This document shows, piece by piece, positions 59,735 to 64,000 of a DNA stretch of 64,000 bases. A program made the translations under genes and the position numbers. Source of the DNA: Escherichia coli (GTDB taxonomy: Bacteria; Pseudomonadota; Gammaproteobacteria; Enterobacterales; Enterobacteriaceae); the NCBI RefSeq assembly GCF_003018255.1, contig NZ_CP027440.1; one strand, written 5' to 3'. The notes under the pieces are model-generated. The model made no database searches. It was not told where the DNA came from and was given only the letters and a program-made list of their open reading frames with translations. The first letter of the stretch is position 1, and every line of letters starts with the position of its first letter.

Positions 59735-60516
59735 TTGAATTATTATTTCCCGGTTGGTTAGCCGGGATCATGCTCGCCTGTGCCGCGGGTCCGCTGGGTT
59801 CGTTTGTGGTCTGGCGTCGTATGTCTTATTTCGGTGATACGCTGGCTCATGCCTCATTACTTGGCGTCGCGTTTGGTTTGTTGCTGGACGTGAATCCATT
59901 CTATGCGGTGATTGCAGTTACGCTGTTGTTGGCGGGCGGTCTGGTATGGCTGGAGAAGCGCCCACAGCTGGCGATCGACACATTATTAGGGATTATGGCG
60001 CACAGTGCCCTGTCGCTGGGCCTGGTGGTCGTTAGTCTGATGTCTAACATTCGTGTTGATTTGATGGCTTATCTGTTCGGTGATTTGCTGGCAGTGACGC
60101 CAGAAGATCTCATCTCTATTGCGATTGGCGTGGTCATCGTGTTGGCGATTCTGTTCTGGCAATGGCGCAATTTGCTGTCAATGACGATTAGCCCGGATCT
60201 GGCGTTTGTTGATGGTGTGAAATTACAGCGCGTGAAATTGTTGTTGATGCTGGTGACAGCATTGACAATTGGTGTAGCGATGAAATTTGTCGGCGCGTTG
60301 ATTATTACTTCGCTGCTGATTATTCCTGCAGCTACAGCGCGTCGCTTTGCCCGCACGCCGGAACAGATGGCCGGTGTCGCTGTTTTGGTGGGAATGGTGG
60401 CAGTAACTGGCGGTTTAACCTTTTCCGCATTTTACGATACGCCGGCGGGTCCGTCGGTAGTGCTATGTGCGGCACTGTTATTTATTATCAGTATGATGAA
60501 AAAGCAGGCCAGCTAA
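59731..60516 (+). CDS. znuB: Zinc ABC transporter permease ZnuB, 261 aa
   Basis: ORF 59731..60516; start overlaps znuC stop by 4 nt. Confidence 0.95.
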   Translation: MIELLFPGWLAGIMLACAAGPLGSFVVWRRMSYFGDTLAHASLLGVAFGLLLDVNPFYAVIAVTLLLAGGLVWLEKRPQLAIDTLLGIMAHSALSLGLVVVSLMSNIRVDLMAYLFGDLLAVTPEDLISIAIGVVIVLAILFWQWRNLLSMTISPDLAFVDGVKLQRVKLLLMLVTALTIGVAMKFVGALIITSLLIIPAATARRFARTPEQMAGVAVLVGMVAVTGGLTFSAFYDTPAGPSVVLCAALLFIISMMKKQAS

Positions 60517-60534
60517 TCTGTCGCTGAACACATT

Positions 60535-61677
<1,143 letters not shown>

Positions 61678-61682
61678 TTACC

Positions 61683-62294
61683 TCATAACGCGGCGCGTAG
61701 GGCTTCGCGAATTAATGTTTCACTGCTGGCGTCAGGGCGAGCGATTTTGCTCACCATACGGCTTGCTTCTTGTGGTTTATAGCCCAGCGCCACCAGCGCA
61801 GCAACCGCTTCCTGTTCAGCATCGTCGGTCGCCGGGCTGGCAGGTGACGTGAGTACCAGGTCGGCGGCTGGCGTAAAGAGATCGCCATGCAAACCTTTAA
61901 ATCGGTCTTTCATTTCGACAATCAAGCGTTCGGCGGTTTTTTTGCCAATACCCGGCAGTTTCACCAGTGCCCCCACTTCTTCACGCTCAACGGCATTAAC
62001 GAACTGCTGCGCTGACATTCCGGAGAGGATCGCCAGCGCCAACTTCGGGCCGACGCCGTTGGTTTTGATCAACTCTTTGAACAACGTGCGCTCTTGTTTA
62101 TTGTTAAAACCGTACAGCAGTTGCGCGTCTTCACGCACCACAAAGTGGGTGAAAACGATCGCTTCCTGACCCGCTTCAGGGAGTTCATAAAAACAGGTCA
62201 TCGGCATATGCACTTCATAGCCTACGCCGCCCACTTCAATTAACACCAGCGGGGGTTGTTTTTCAATGATGATGCCTCTGAGTCTGCCTATCAC
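61683..62294 (-). CDS. ruvA: Holliday-junction DNA-binding protein RuvA, 203 aa, GTG start
   Basis: ORF 61683..62294 minus. Confidence 0.96.
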   Translation of the reverse strand: MIGRLRGIIIEKQPPLVLIEVGGVGYEVHMPMTCFYELPEAGQEAIVFTHFVVREDAQLLYGFNNKQERTLFKELIKTNGVGPKLALAILSGMSAQQFVNAVEREEVGALVKLPGIGKKTAERLIVEMKDRFKGLHGDLFTPAADLVLTSPASPATDDAEQEAVAALVALGYKPQEASRMVSKIARPDASSETLIREALRAAL

Positions 62295-62343
62295 ATGACG
62301 CTCCTGCGTAATGAATCAAAGATAATGCTGTATGATAAAAAAA

Positions 62344-62363
62344 TGCTGGATAGATATCCAGCG
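62344..62363. promoter_or_regulatory. LexA (SOS) box of ruvAB promoter
   Basis: tgCTGGatagatatCCAGcg, a perfect palindrome about 50 bp upstream of ruvA start. Confidence 0.75.
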
Positions 62364-62568
62364 AAGGATGAAGAAAACTTGCGAGGTGTCCCGATGATCT
62401 GAAAAATGGCGCAGTATAATTTATTCTACAGATTATATTGGAAGCAAATATTTAAATATTACATATTCAGCGAAGAAATGTGTAATAAAAATACACATCG
62501 CGACCCCTGAAAAAATAAATTTTTTATGCTATTACGTATATTCATATCTATTTCAATGGAATGACAAC

Positions 62569-63171
62569 GTGAATATTAATTATCCTGCTGAATATGAAAT
62601 TGGTGATATCGTCTTTACATGTATAGGTGCTACCTTATTTGGTCAAATATCAGCTGCATCAAATTGCTGGAGTAATCACGTCGGGATCATTATCGGTCAT
62701 AACGGTGAAGACTTCCTGGTTGCAGAAAGCCGGGTTCCCCTTTCAACCATCACCACGCTATCTCGTTTTATTAAACGTTCGTCTAATCAACGCTATGCTA
62801 TAAAGCGATTAGACGCTGGGCTGACAGAACAACAAAAACAACGAATTGTTGAACAGGTTCCCTCCCGGCTACGCAAACTTTACCACACCGGTTTTAAATA
62901 CGAATCTTCGCGCCAGTTCTGTTCAAAATTTGTTTTTGATATTTATAAAGAAGCGCTATGTATTCCGGTGGGTGAAATAGAGACGTTTGGAGAATTGTTA
63001 AATAGCAATCCGAATGCAAAACTCACTTTCTGGAAATTCTGGTTCTTAGGTTCTATTCCGTGGGAGCGTAAAACCGTCACGCCAGCCAGTTTGTGGCATC
63101 ATCCGGGTTTGGTGTTGATTCATGCGGAGGGAGTGGAAACGCCTCAGCCGGAACTGACCGAGGCGGTATAA
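62569..63171 (+). CDS. yebB: Uncharacterized protein YebB (permuted papain-like / YiiX-type fold suspected), 200 aa
   Basis: ORF 62569..63171; preceded by very AT-rich spacer. Confidence 0.85.
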   Translation: MNINYPAEYEIGDIVFTCIGATLFGQISAASNCWSNHVGIIIGHNGEDFLVAESRVPLSTITTLSRFIKRSSNQRYAIKRLDAGLTEQQKQRIVEQVPSRLRKLYHTGFKYESSRQFCSKFVFDIYKEALCIPVGEIETFGELLNSNPNAKLTFWKFWFLGSIPWERKTVTPASLWHHPGLVLIHAEGVETPQPELTEAV

Positions 63172-63172
63172 C

Positions 63173-63694
63173 TTAACGCAGTCGCCCTCTCGCCAGGTTC
63201 AGCCGCGATTCGCTCATCTGCATCGCATTCTGACTGACGTGACAATGGGTAATCGCGATAGCTAATGCATCGGCAGCATCCGCCTGTGGATTAGCGGGCA
63301 GTTTCAGCAAGGTGCGGACCATATGCTGCACCTGGCTTTTTTCGGCACTACCAATACCTACCACCGTTTGCTTTACCTGACGTGCCGCATATTCAAATAC
63401 CGGCAATTCCTGATTCACCGCTGCCACAATCGCCACGCCGCGCGCCTGACCCAGTTTCAGGGCTGAGTCAGCGTTCTTCGCCATAAAGACTTGTTCAATG
63501 GCGAAATAATCAGGCTGGAACTGGGTGATGATTTCCGTCACGCCCGCATAGATGAGCTTCAGACGAGACGGTAAATCATCCACTTTGGTGCGTATGCATC
63601 CGCTACCCAGGTAGGACAGTTGCCTGCCTACCTGGCGGATGACGCCATAGCCGGTCACGCGCGAACCCGGGTCAATGCCGAGAATAATAGCCAT
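63173..63694 (-). CDS. ruvC: Holliday-junction resolvase RuvC, 173 aa
   Basis: Second ATG of ORF 63173..63697 ([18 protein letters not shown]). Confidence 0.94.
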
Positions 63695-63728
63695 CACGCG
63701 TCTCCGTTTTGCTGTTTAGCAGGCCTCA

Positions 63729-64000
63729 TCAGAGAGTCGCTGCAACCTCATCAGAGATTTCACCGTTATGGTAAACTTCCTGCACGTCGTCGCAATCTTC
63801 CAGCATATCGATCAGACGCATCAGTTTCGGTGCGGTTTCTGCATCCATATCAGCTTTGGTGGACGGGATCATGGAAACTTCCGCGCTGTCTGCTTTCAGA
63901 CCTGCCGCTTCCAGAGCGTCGCGTACTTTGCCCATTTCTTCCCATGCAGTGTAGACATCAATCGCGCCGTCATCATAGGTCACAACGTCTTCAGCACCGG
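63729..64000 (-). CDS. yebC: YebC/PmpR-family transcriptional regulator, C-terminal part (5' end outside window)
   Basis: Minus-strand frame open to window edge; ORF track shows 63729..63983 as the last Met-initiated segment. Confidence 0.85.

Noticed and set aside
63173-63697. Possible sequence variant in RuvC (GSGCIRT where I half-remember GSAAIRT)
   Set aside because: My recall of the reference sequence at that position is not reliable enough to call a strain difference.

Overview
This 64 kb window reads as a contiguous, densely coding stretch of Escherichia coli K-12-type core chromosome, running from the 3' part of yeaV to the 3' part of yebC (roughly the 1.89-1.95 Mb region of MG1655). 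I identified about 70 protein genes by recognising their translated products and checking that ORF lengths match the known proteins once internal start codons are chosen. Gene order is yeaV-yeaW-yeaX, rnd, fadD, yeaY, tsaB, yoaA, yoaB, yoaC, yoaH, pabB, nudL, sdaA, pdeD(yoaD), yoaE, manXYZ, yobD, mntP, rlmA, cspC-yobF, yebO, mgrB, yobH, kdgR, yebQ, htpX, prc-proQ, msrC, letAB(yebST), rsmF, yebV, yebW, pphA, the RyeA/SdsR sRNA pair, yebY-yebZ-yobA, holE, yobB, exoX, ptrB, yebE-yebF-yebG, purT, eda-edd, zwf, hexR, pykA, lpxM, mepM-znuA, znuCB, ruvBA, yebB, ruvC, yebC. No rRNA or tRNA genes, CRISPR array, IS element, integrase or prophage-like block is visible, and no intergenic gap exceeds about 670 bp, so there is no room for an unannotated multi-gene insertion. 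I therefore do not see an undescribed biological system here and will not invent one. The non-coding content worth attention is the mntP leader (Mn riboswitch and MntR sites), the overlapping antisense sRNA pair between pphA and yebY, LexA, Zur and FadR operators, REP/BIME repeats, several intrinsic terminators and a few AT-rich spacers with unexplained hairpins or small ORFs. All identifications rest on reading the sequence and on recall of E. coli proteins and motifs; no database search or computation was run, and sRNA, riboswitch and operator boundaries are approximate.
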